In this document: positions 36,563 to 49,439 of the stretch, piece after piece
Layout of the letters: each line of letters begins with the position of its first letter
Position numbering within the stretch: position 1 is the stretch's first letter
DNA from: Paragordius varius
Taxonomy: Eukaryota > Animalia > Nematomorpha
Assembly: GCA_964247055.1 (NCBI GenBank)
Contig: OZ176056.1
Span: 3,224,001 to 3,288,000 of the forward strand
Length of the DNA stretch: 64,000 nt
Direction of reading: 5' to 3'
Translations under genes and position numbers: made by a program
Notes under the pieces: generated by a model
What the model saw: the letters and a program-made list of their open reading frames with translations, nothing else
What the model was told of the DNA's origin: nothing
The model's database searches: none

Positions 36563-39500
36563 GAAATCGATTTTATCCACCATCACCAATACAACAATCT
36601 CCCACAGAATTTGAAGGCAAAAATAAACGCAAAAAAAATTCCAATCAAAATGACAAAAGCATCAGTAGTAATAATAAAAATCATTACTTTGATGATAGAA
36701 AAGATATTATCCATACCCAAAATAATTGTCTTTTGAACGAAACTTTAAATGGACATTCAGACGATGGATTGTCCAACACGCCACCAAGCTTAGATTTTTG
36801 TCATGATGAAGAAATAGTTATCCGGAGTTGTGATGTTAACCCTAAAAATTCTTACATACAAAACGCGCAAAATTGTTTAAAACCTACGTGTTCTACCCCT
36901 CCTTATAAATATTATTGTAATGGTATCGGTTCCCCCAAAAATGGAAATGTAAATGATTCTGGATTCGAAGAATCTATATATGTTCCTCAACAACACTCTG
37001 CCTCAAACGGTATTGAACAGTCCTTAAATAGCGAACTCCTAACAACAAACGATAAAATATCAAGGCCACAAAAAAGCATCTCCCCCATACCAATCCTTAC
37101 AAAGTATACGGAAAAGCCATTTAACCATGCATTCGATCCTTCATTCGAACCTATTAGAACAGGTAAATCAACTGATATTTCCGAAAATTGCATAACCACT
37201 TCCTCCAGTGATAAAACAGAAAATTCTTCCCTTAAAGATTGTTTGTTTGAGCTTGAGATTATAGAAAAGTCACCCGTCCCTTCATCATTAAACAGTAGTC
37301 CTGAACCGCCCTTTTTATTGTATACGGAAAGCGAAAGCAATTTTCTAAATCAGCCTTTTAAAACTTCAGGTATTCCAATTGTTTCAACTGAACAAGAACA
37401 TAAAAATTTTAGTTGTTCCAACAATATAGGACACCAGTTTGAAAACGAACAGGATTTAGTGATTCCAACTACTATAACCAAACAAACAAGTCTCCATATC
37501 TATGCTGATAAAGCTATAAGCAATGAAACATTTGAACAAGACGACACTCGTAGAGTTATAACTGATTCACAATTATCAAAACCAATTCCAGCTCGAATTC
37601 CATCAAACATTCAAGATTACCAAGTTGAAGTCTTGTCTGAAGCTACTTGCCATCTAATCTCACCCAAACAAGTTAAATGTATGTGTTTTTTTTTGTTTAT
37701 TGATTTAAATTTTAAAGGCCATTATAAGGTTTTTGTTGTAAAATATGTCATTTTAACTCAATATATATATTTATACTTATTATGCCGTTTATAGTTCAAC
37801 GAATTGATACCGAAACTTTGACACCCATAGAGGATCATTTAGTTGATGTTGATGATATTAATAATAATACTTCTACCTTTCCAATCTCGAACCCTGTTGG
37901 AGATAATAACTACTGTTCTCAATCAAACTCACCTATTTTTGATCAAAAAGGATCATCAAATCCTTTACACATAAAATCAACGTCTTTCGCTAAAGTCATA
38001 GCTATAGGACAAAATCCATTTTTAGCCTTGGCTCGGGCGACAGCACACGCTACCACCATTTCCTCGGCAAAAGCAACGTTTGAAACTATGAAAGTTTTAA
38101 ACTCTGAAACCAAAAATAATGAGGTGGTGTGCAATCAACCGAATGGTAGCCCAACAAAAAAACCTCCTGGAACAGTTATAACTGGACGACGCCTACCTAT
38201 CGCTGCTAAGAAGACCATTGTAAAACCTTTAGTCAAAACGAGCAGCAGCTTAAATGGTAATAGTACAATGACTAAATCGGTAAAAATGACATCACCGCTT
38301 AAAAATGGTACATGCAAAGAAACAAACGATTATAATACAATTGAGAAAAATAAAATTTCAGCCACAAAAAACGGTCATTGCGTACCCAAGAATGAAAAAA
38401 ATGGGGCGGCATCAAAAATAACGACAACTAAAAAAATGGATTTCGAAAATGCAGAAACTAAAATTCCTAAATCAAACCAAAATGGTTTAAAACATAAAAG
38501 CACTTCGAGCAAAATCTTGACAAATGACAATGTTTTTGCCGAATTATCCATCAAAGTTTCGGCTTCTTGTAAATTAAGATCATCACCTCATCATACCACC
38601 AGCCTTAAAAAAACTAATAATGGCAATCAAAACAATTCGCAACCTAAACAAAGTGATTATCAAACTAATAATATAGTTAAAGGTGTTAAAAATTCACAAA
38701 CTATACTAAGCCATGATTCAAAAAATGCACAAAATGAAAAAATCAATAATACTGTAATACAGTCACCATCAACTGGATTAGATACTATGGAAGCTATGAA
38801 CAAAAAGATAGTAACTGAAAATATTATAAAATCAACAGCTTCTATGCCAAAAATTCAAGGTTATGCTCAAGCAATTAAACATGCTCTCGATTTAACAACT
38901 TCTTCACAAGAGGCACAAAACAATGGCGAAACAACCATAATAAACGATCAAACTGATTTAGATAACATTGAACGTCCATCTAGTCGATCGGTAACATTAG
39001 TGTTTGAAGACGATTTTCAAGAAAATAGCACTCCTACCCTCAATAAAGATGATGATTCGATAAAAATACCCAAATTATATTTGATCAATGGGTCACCCCT
39101 GGAAAAAACGATTCAAGGCCTAAAAGAATCCGATGTTAATTACAGTCTCCATGCACAAAATGTTACGAATGAATCTTTAACTTCTTCGGTGACAAATGAA
39201 GCAAATATGGTTACAAGTCAATTGTCAGACATTATTGTGGTTGGTAATAAGAGCACTACACCCTTCCTAAAACCTATATTAGTTAATAGCGGTCATAATC
39301 ACTCCGTAAACTCTCAACAATCCCACGTTGAAAATCATAGCTTGCATTCTACTACTGATGATCAGGCTATTCAAAAAGCACCAACAATGGTTAAACCGGC
39401 AAAAAGAATAACATTATCTAATGATGTTATTGAACATGAAATACCGTATGAAGATAGAGCTGGTTCTTGGTTACCTGGACCGCCAGAATATGAAGATGAA

Positions 39501-42500
39501 TGTTCGGAATCGCCTATTCCTCAGTCATTAAAACAAGCGGAAGGTAGATTACTTGGTGTCAGAGGGAAAACATATGCACCTAACAAACTTTTGTATGAGA
39601 AGAAAGGATTGATTAATACCGCACCAAAATTAACAAAAACACAAATAATACTCCATGACAAGGGGAGAGATTTAGATTTAAATCATGAGAACAAGGCAAA
39701 GACATCACTAGAAATAGTGAAATCGAGCGCACTAACTAACAATACCAATATGATCAAAGAAACCATTATAAATAAAACAACAGCAGCTGTGTCGGAATCA
39801 AGGGATAATACGATCGTTCCTAAAAACGTATCAACAAATAACTATTGTCCCACCAAAGAAACTCAAAAAGGAGGATTTACAGGGAAAAAATGTCAAAATT
39901 ATGTCCTTAACACTAATGAAAAGCACAATACCACCCTTAACAACGAATCAAAACCGTTGAGTAATTCCATAGTTGTTTCTAAACCACCTCTACAGAAAGA
40001 AATGCATCCCATAGCTATAAATACATCAAATCAAACACAGCCAAGAATCTTGACTTCAACAATCAATCCATATGAGGCAATACTTAAAAATTCAGTTAAA
40101 TCCAATATGTCTTCTACACTCTCTAAAGTTAACTCAGTTTCTTTAACAATGGCAAAACTTGATCCAATTGATATAGATGGTATTCGTAATGAAAGAAAAA
40201 CCGTTAATCAAAAATACATGGATGATACATATTCAAGATGTCAAACACACTCAAAAGGTTTAAACAAAAAAATGAATATTTCCAATCTAAATAATTCGTT
40301 TGATTGTGGAGAGATGCGACAACCATCCCCTTCTCAAACATTAATTAAACGATTAAAACAAAAATATATCCAACACCATAATAATAATAAAATAGATAAT
40401 AATGGTTTATCAAAGAATAGAAGCGATACAACAAAACTTCTGATGAATACAACTTTGCCTATCATCCACGATTTTTCGAATCATTACGAAACCGCAAAAA
40501 CAGAAAAATTGGGCCACAGTTTACAATCCCATCCAGTTATCCACAATTTAATGTCCCGTTCCTTGTGTGATATCTCAAAAGAGGTTGATCCCCACGGTTC
40601 AATTAACCAAGATGAAAATTTTAATTCTATTACCGCACGTTTAAAGACTCAGGCATTGTTGGATACGGAATTCACAGATATCCTGAAGGAATCATTTCAA
40701 AAATTGCGGGGTCAAAATAACTCCAAAAAATTGTTTGCCAATATGACTGACCACCATTTTAACGTTATAACCGTACACGCCCCCAATATGACTGAGAAAA
40801 TGGACCAATGTAACAACGCATTTACATCCCATTACCCACTTAATACCATGAAAAAACGTTCAATGAGTTTGGGTAATGTAATTGGTCTCCTATCTACTGG
40901 TGGAACTAAAACTAAAGATGTTAAAGTAATAGCGACAAATTCTTCGGTTATAACTGGTTCAGGGCGGCTTGATACAAATAACCGGTTACTGACATCTGCT
41001 GTCACCTTAAATGACATGGAAATGGGTGAAGGTGTTGACTTACCGCTAAATACGCTGCAAAAGAGAGCTGGTAAATCCATCAATGATAGATCATCTACAA
41101 CGCTTTTGGGTACACATAGGGCTTTAACACTTCAAACTAATTTAGATGATATCCTGGCACAAATGTCGAAAGATAAAACCCCTGTCCACTTCAAAAGTTT
41201 GGGGAATTTAAATGATGATCAAAATGCCTCTAACTCCATTGATAAAAAGCATAAAAAAGATGTTAAAAGTTCCCATAGCTCACACTTTGCAAATGGTTTT
41301 GTTAACAATGGTTCGACAAACATAATAAACGAAAGTACAAAAGTCAATGATATGGCTCAACACATTTTACAAGCTACATCTAACCTAAACATCCCAAGAT
41401 GGTTATCTACACTATCTCTGGGCCCTGCTAAAACCAAAGATGACACGTATCATTTTAAAAGCCCTTTCAGACGTATAAATGAACGTGGTTACGAGCCTGG
41501 CGATTATAAACAACAACATCGCATTGATGATAGCATTGATATTGAAAGTAGTTTAAACACTAATTCATTTGATACAGCATCTGAATTCGCCCTAAGCCGG
41601 GAACATAAATTGGGACACTTTGAGAGAAATCAACAGGGGATTAGGTATACACTACCAACCCATTTGAGTTTACCAGATAGACTAAGGGATTATTCAAAGA
41701 CAGCACACGATGCAATAAATTTGCCAAGCGATAAAACAGACACCACAACAGAAAAGGATATCGATATCAACAATTTTAATATTGATACGAATGATTTGGT
41801 CAGTAGCGTTGATTTTTCCGTCGACACCAATGATTCCGAAAATATGGCAACTGGAAATTCGGAAACCAGGTCTAATACAAATACATCATCGTACAAAACT
41901 ACTGAAAGTCACGTATTATGTCCTACTGTCTACAACAAAGATTTGATCGAAGGTTCGCTAAATGAAACTACTGAAGGTACAAACATGGACAATATACCCG
42001 GTGATTCAAGTCAACAATCATTTATTTCATATGATGATTCTAGCCATCCTTCCGAAACAAATCATTATCAGAATTCGTCGTCTGATAAAAATTATAAAAA
42101 AATCATAAGTAGTAATGGTAGTACAACACATTCAATCGATTCCACCAACCAGGGTTTGGATTCAAAACTATTTTCCCTGGGTAAAAGCAAGTATAAACGC
42201 ATGAAAAATAAATCTAAACAACACAACGGTTCGGCTTCATTTAACCTAAAAACGCAAACTATTGTCAAACTTAATTCCATGGAACGACTTAATATACCCG
42301 TCTTAACAGATGAAGACATGCGTAGCAACTCTCATGATGGATCTCACAAAGGAAATGTTAAAAATTTGAGATCTTTGTTTGAAGAGAATAACTCGGATAC
42401 AAATAATTCAAGCAATCAAAAATTTTCAGCCTACAAAGCTATATGGAACAGGGCAAAAATTATAAGTCAACATTCATTTTCCAAAAAAGCGTATGAGAAA

Positions 42501-43214
42501 TCACCCAACCACCCTACTAATGCAAAACAAAATGGTAACGTAAACAATTTGAAAGTGGTGAATGAAAATTTAAATTTAAATGGTGAAACCGGCTCGACCG
42601 ATGATATGTTGTCACATTTAAAATGCCCTAGAGAACTTTACATATGTGAAGAATATATTGCTAAGAAAAACGATTCACTAAATTCGAGATCCTATACTAA
42701 TTCCGATGCACAGAAATCCCACAATAAAAGTAAAGAAGGAATTGAACAAAAAAATGAACCCAGTAATCAATATAATAATAATAATGTTTCCTCCTTAAAC
42801 ACAAGTGGTGTTACAGATTTAGATTACTCTTCAACTCATTGCCTTGATACCTCCTTCAAAATGAATGGAATGGTAGGTAATAATGAATCAACACACAATT
42901 CAACAGAAACTACTCATAAAAATAATCATAAAATTAACGGGATCGAAGCATATGATGAAAAAAATGATGCACCCTTTATAAATTATGAAAATGTTAATCA
43001 ATATCTCGCATTAAACACTATACACAATATTCCCAAGATTGAAAAGAATGAATCAACTGCAAACATAAACCATCATGGAATCTCAAATGATGCCTTTAAT
43101 AATCCAAAAACAAAAATGGATATCGAAACCAAACCAAAAATTATTAGTAAAACAGTTTATCTCAAAAACTCAAAAACATTGCTTGGGAAACCGCGGTTTG
43201 AAACAGCCGTTTAA
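36563..43214 (+). CDS. Last two exons of a very large, low-complexity (N/S/T/K-rich) protein with a C-terminal class I PDZ-binding motif
   Basis: ORFs 36508-37794 and 37782-43214 join in frame through a phase-1 intron at 37679-37794 (AAAT|GTATGT ... TTATAG|TTCAA). A phase-1 acceptor at 36562 implies unidentified upstream exons. Ends ...LGKPRFETAV*. Confidence 0.8.
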
Positions 43215-44381
43215 TCGCTATAGATAAACCGATGCTAAATTTCGAAAAAATAAATAAATTTGTAATGATTTGAATATATTGTGAGGTCACTAGACATTTG
43301 ATACGTCCCATTTATATATTATGTCATTTTTGGTTTTTGCAGAAAAAATATTGCCTATCCATATATATACATATATTGTTGAATATAATTATCCATATTT
43401 ATAAAATGAAAAAAAAAACATATAAATAAATTTATTTTATATTCATATTGAAATATTTGGCATTCATAAATTATTAATATTGATTATATTTTTAAGGATA
43501 AAAGCTAGTCCAATGACTCTTTTAAAATAATTTAGATAGCTTTCATTAAGATAACCAAGTTTTTTTAGCTGATTCAATTCTAAAAAATAAGTAAATGATC
43601 TATCCTACAGTCCCTATTTGATATTCTATAGAACCAAAATAACTTTATTCAAAAAATTTGAAAGAGGATTTTTTTGAAAATTAAATTTTACAATGTTTGT
43701 TATTATTTAAAATAAATAAAAAAGTTTGTTATAAGGCCCTTAGTTTCTCGCCATGTCTTTGACATTATAACTTTCTGGAAAACGTATCCTATTAAAATTT
43801 AATAATGACTTTTTTATTTATTTATAAATGGGTAACTGCGCCATTTTTAGAGTTTTCGGCTATCACAGCGCTGTCTGGTTGAAAATGGGTTGCAATAAAT
43901 TTGGTTCTGACATCCCTGAAAACGAGCAGAATCATTCAAAAAGGGTGGATCATTTTTATTTAATTACGAATGTGCAGAGGATGACTTACTTATTTGGCTC
44001 TGTATCCATTCACCTCTAAAATATGGGGTTTTAAATACAGTTTTCTAATTTGACCCCTCTTTTGTGTTAAATTATCGTCCAAAAATCATGTGTATTCATT
44101 ACTGACAAACATATTTTTCTTGGATTTATTGCGGTAGTGTTATATGGCTCTAGATCAGTGGACTCACCAAAAAAATTTGACGGCCAAATAATACATATTT
44201 TTTTTCGAGGGCCATGAACCTTATAATGGCAAATATTCCATAGCTATTTGACACATAGGCACATATTTATACTCTAAATCAGCACAATGAATTTTTTGCG
44301 GGTCGCATGTAAATCCAGCTAAAAACTCGTTTTGGATCATTTAGTTTAAAAATTAAAATATTTTAATAACAACATTTGATA

Positions 44382-46170
44382 TTAATCAATAATTTTTGAC
44401 AAATTTGGTTTCCCCCCATGGCAGGCCAATCTTAATACGTCATCCATATGATTATTAAAATAAGCGATTTCTGTATGTATTCTTGATATCTTTCATTTTT
44501 GAATATGCCGTCTCACACGTGTAAGTTGATGGAAAAACAGCTAAGATAACTTGAGCCCATTTTTTAATATTTTCATATTTATTTGGCACAACTTGCCAAA
44601 ACTCTATATATCTTTCTTCTCTACGATTTTCCTTAAATATAGCTTCCAAATTGAAATCTTTTTTTAAAATCAACGAATTCTTCATATGATAAGCGCCCGA
44701 TCAAAACCAAAAAGCTCAAGTTGCTTAATGTTGGTTATATCCATATGCCATGGATTTTCAACGAGTTTTAAGCAATTTTTAATATTTTTTAATTCTTGAA
44801 ATCTGAATTTCATCTCATTAGAAAAATGTTAAATGATTGTCTATTATTAAATTAATTTCCGCGGTAAATTCCATATTTTCTTTATGAATCGTTTTAAGTG
44901 TTGGAAAATGTAGGAGTGTTTTATCTATAAAATTTTGTTTAGATAATATTAATTTTTCTTCAAAAGCAAATAAATGATTAGCAAATTGGGTTATTATTTT
45001 GCCCCCTTGAAGACTTGTATTAAAAGTACTAAGTTTATAAGTAATGTCGCAAAGGTAGACTAATAAAACCCACCAGTTGTCACTATTAATTTCCTCATCA
45101 AACTTTCTGTTATCTTTTATAAATAATAGAATTCATGTCTTAAATTAAAAAAACTATTTAAAACTTTGCTAAGGCTTAGCCATCTCACAGCGGTGTAAAA
45201 AAGATTATCATCAAACTCACTGTCGATATTTTTCAGAAGGTTTTTGAGTTCACGGCGATTGAATTCTTGCCACGGATGTGGTTAACTATATCCACAACTG
45301 TTTTGTTTACTAAATTTAGTGATTTTAAACGCGAAACCAAGTTTTGCTGATGAATAAAGCAGTGAAAGGATAATATATTTTCCAAATTATATTTGTTTTT
45401 TAAAAAAGGAATAAACCCTTTTTTTATTTCAATCATAGAGGGACAGCCATCTGTGCAGTTCGAAACCAATTTTTTCGTAGATATACCATTATTATCGAAA
45501 AAAGTGCTAATTAATTCATGAAAATCACTGCCTTTTGTGGTATTATTCATTTGTAAAAATTTCAATATTCCTCGTTGATTATGTTGGTTGCAAAATCTCA
45601 CGAAGAGCGCACATTATGGTGTTGAACTTATATCAGGACTAGAATCGATTGCAGTACTGAAGTATTTGCAGTTTTTCAGAGCCAATAATGTATTGTTAAA
45701 AATATATTTAGACATATCTTCAATGCGTCGAGCACATGTTGAATCAGAAAGTTGAAATTTTTTAATTTGCCTCAAGATTTGATTTTTATTAAATTTATTA
45801 AATAAAAAAATGCAACCATTTATAAGACATGCTTTTATTAGTTGGGAATCAGTAAACGGTTTCATATTTTTTCCTAAAATATACAAATTTCATACGAAGC
45901 TAATGTTACAGCTCCTGGGAAAAAGCTATGGCTATAGATTTTTCTTTCTCGTATAATTCCTTAAAATTTTTATTTTTCGTTTCTTTCCTTATGATTTTCT
46001 GGTAATTTATGAGAATGATGGATTTTAAAATGTCTTTCAATATTGTATTTTTTTATAATTATGTTGTCTTTGCTTATAAGGTAGGTAGCTTTGCTATTTA
46101 AACGACAAAAAATTATTTTCCCATAAAGGAGAGATTTTCATTGGATAATTACGATTTTTGGCATTAGTTG
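44382..46170 (-). pseudogene. Charlie/Buster-type (GTF2IRD2/EPM2AIP1-like) transposase remnant
   Basis: Fragments KPFTDSQLIKAC...QLSDSTCARRIEDMS (45614-45886), DGCPSM...SFHCFIHQQNL (45233-45601) and FPSTYTCETAYSKMKDIKNTYRNRL (44455-44685). Confidence 0.88.
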
Positions 46171-46669
46171 TCATCCTTTGGATTTATATTTAAATATTAT
46201 GTAAAAAACATAGGAACATAAATTAAATTATGAGTTATAAAAATGATGCAGGATAGCAATGAAATGTATAAGTAAGGTGACCAGACGTCCCGCTTTTTCA
46301 CACTTTGTCCCGCTTCCTGTTACGTTTTTAAATGTCCCGCTTTTTCACGATTATATTAAAAAAAATTTTTTTTAATACAAATAATTTTTTTTTGTCCGTT
46401 TATTTTATCATTAAATATCTTTAAAATCTATTCAATTTTAAATTAAAATCTTTTATTTTAAATTTAAAATATTTATTTTTTTCGAATTTATATCATGTGA
46501 TTATACACTATACTTCCTACTACTACTGTCATTATTATCAAAAAGCCAAGTTAATACCACAAATCTCTAGATTAAAAGACAAATTGATACCACAAATCGG
46601 TACCTTACACGTTTATCACAGAAAATTAAGGTAATATAATATTTATTATACTAATAGTAGTTTATAAAT

Positions 46670-47555
46670 ATGAGCGCAAAAAGAGGTTGTAAATTCAACG
46701 ATGAATTAATGAAGGATTTTCCTTTTATTAAAAAAACGAAGAATGAATCATTTGTTAAATGTCTTATATGCGAGGGGGAATTCACCCTAGCACATGGCGG
46801 CAAGTATGATATTACAAAGCATATGGAAATACAGAAACATAAAAAATGTTTAGATATGGGGGCATCATCTTACAAAATGAGCGATTTTTTTCGAAAAACC
46901 GCTTTTGGAGAGGAAGAAAAGAATTTGGCACTAGCTGAGGGCGTGTTATCTTTTCACGCCGTTAATCACAATCATTCCTTTAGATCTATGGACTGTACCT
47001 CACAGGTTATTCTCACGTTATTCCATAAAAAATTTACATGTGCCCGTACAAAGGCTGAAGCCATTGTGTGCAATGTCCTATCGCCACGTGCATTTTCTGA
47101 AATACAAAAAGATTTGCTGAAAATTAATTCCATATCGCTATACTCTGATGCATCAAATCACCATGAAACAAAATTATTTCCCACTTTGATGAGATATTTG
47201 ATTCAGAAACCGGAGTAAAAATTATAATTTTAGATTTAATTTCCCTACCCGGTGAAAATTCCGAAATAATATTTACTTCAATAATGCAAAAAAATAATTT
47301 AAAATACAAAATTATCGTATATTGCGATGACAACACCAATATGAACTTTGGTGGAAAAGCAAGGAGAGGAAAAAAAAATATTTTTCATAAATTAACAGAT
47401 AATCTTAATCAAAACATTATTGGCGTTGGGTGTGCAGCGCATATAATACACAACGCTATTCAAACAGCTGCTGATTTGTTACCACTAGATGTGGAAAATG
47501 TAGTTGTTAAAATATATTCCTATTTTTATATATACACGGTAGTGTTGAAACGCTT
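46670..47555 (+). pseudogene. 5' half of the hAT transposase (3'-truncated)
   Basis: ORFs 46670-47218 and 47284-47577 are homologous to 8015-8875. The sequence breaks at 'ttgaaacgctt'. Confidence 0.88.
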
Positions 47556-47826
47556 CTACAATATTCAAGCATTTTAACATCTATATTTTCCACATCCAGG
47601 GGTAACAAATCAGTAGCTGTTTGAACGTTGTGTATCTGCCAATAATGTTTTGATTAAGATTATTCGCTAAATTGTTAAAAATATTTTTGTGCCGCTTCTT
47701 GCATCACGCAGCGCACTTTGTGATGATTTCGTCTTTATTATTTTTTTCTAGAATATTAAAATCACTTCACCCTTTGTTCGTGCACATGGAAATTTATTGA
47801 ATAAGGTACAAACCTGTGAGGTACAA
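47556..47826 (-). repeat. Inverted transposase fragment shared with copy 2
   Basis: Nearly identical to ~10411-10689 and reverse-complementary to blocks at ~46991-47060, 47374-47425 and 47445-47512. Confidence 0.88.
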
Positions 47827-49439
47827 ATTTTTTTATATTTATAATGTATATGTGTTAAAAATAAATAAATATTACAATAAATTTTTTGTATAAAAATTTT
47901 TGGTTGTACCCCCCAATGACCCACCCCCTTCTCAGATTTGTCCCGCTTTTTCCTTCAAAAAATCTGGTCACCTTATGTATAAGCAATGGGTAAAAACAAA
48001 AAAGAAATGCAATAAAAAATTCAAAAAGAAAAGAAAATAGAATACAGAAAAAGTAACAACGTGTGCCATAAATCATCAATTTTAAAATCATTTTAATGTA
48101 GGAAAATTTTTCTACATTTCAAATTGGGTAAAAAATAAATATTATCAATAAAAAAATTTAAATATCAATATGGTCATAGGGTAATTTTGAAGCACACTTT
48201 GGGCCGCATGCGGTCCGCGGGCCGCGATTTGAGTATCACTGCTCTAAATCCCTAATAATATCGACAAAGTCGATGACGTGTGATAGGCAACAGTTAGTAT
48301 GTTTTATTATTAATTTTAAAAATGCATTTTCTCCTTCGAGACTATTATTAAAATGGAAAATATCATTTAGCCAATGTTTGGTTAGTTTAAAATAGCCAAT
48401 ATTTTGCATCAATCAGATCAATAGATGGAAAATTTAAAATAAAACCATAAGTTATTACAGACTTTAAAATCTTTCAAACAGTTCCGACCGTTAAATGTAA
48501 TAAGTTAATTCGGAAAGACCTCACGATAAATATCGCAACATAAAAATTATCCTACCTCTCTTGTTTATGCCTTACTGTAAAAATTCGGCAGCTTAGAGTA
48601 GCTATAATAAATTATGTACTATAAAAGATTTCTAAATTAGCAGTAAAAGCCAAAAGATCATGACAATTTTCTAAAATTAATAAAAAATGGTGTTTTTCAC
48701 GGAATTTCGAATATATTTTAATCATATTTTTAAATTATGTTTGTTAAAGTATGCATATATTTTCCCCAACTTTGATACTTTAATGCTGCCTATTTCAAGT
48801 GAAATTCAGGTAGCCAAACAATATAAAAATCAAAGTGTTTTTATGACATTTTTATAAAGAACACCGGCAGTAGAACCGAACCTATTGTTTTTTGACAAAA
48901 ATTTCCGGAATTTAGCTCGCAATTTTTATTCTGTATCAATAGAGTTGGTTTGATGTCTGAGAAGGTAAACAAACGCTTTATTTTTAGTTGGCATTACATT
49001 ATCAAAACTATTGATATTAATAGATAATAACGCTTATGAATAAATCAATGAGATAGCTAATTAATTTTAAATGCATCCTATATTTTTATATGTCAATTCT
49101 TTATCCATTTATCAAAAAACCCAAAAACGTTCAGTAGTTAAAAACTAAAAATTACAATTTCAAATATTAATATTTTTATGATGCATATAGAAGCCACAGA
49201 ATCATATTTTGGTTATATGTTTTAATTTGGGTGAATATCTGCCCCTAAAGCGGGAAGAAACCAAATACGCCACAATTTATCTAAATTTTTAAAATTTATT
49301 GTTAACCCCAATTTAAAGACAAGAACATACAATTTAACTGATTATACCTTTAACATTTGCATTATATACCTGGGTTTTTAAATTTTTGAGTTATTTTTAA
49401 TTATTAATAATTCATACATTGTATCATATTACGACTTGC

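Larger units (their letters stand above)
46273..47975 (+). mobile_element. hAT Blackjack-type copy 3, an internal-deletion derivative of the copy-2 structure
   Basis: Perfect TIRs TAAGGTGACCAGA/TCTGGTCACCTTA. Perfect TSD TGTATAAG at 46265-46272 and 47976-47983. Confidence 0.94.
44156..48241 (-). mobile_element. hAT Charlie/Buster/SPIN-type transposon, defective, with a nested Blackjack-type copy
   Basis: Ends CAGTGGACTCA (44156) and, on the minus strand, CAGTGATACTCAAATCGCGGCCCGCGGACCGCATGCGGCCC (48241). TSD CTCTAGAT/CTCTAAAT fits the NTCTAGAN preference. Confidence 0.88.

Noticed and set aside
36987-42328. Minus-strand ORFs 36987-37340, 37943-38134, 38135-38317, 40832-41083, 41690-41896, 42092-42328
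   Set aside because: Antisense shadows of the giant plus-strand exons, with no independent motifs.
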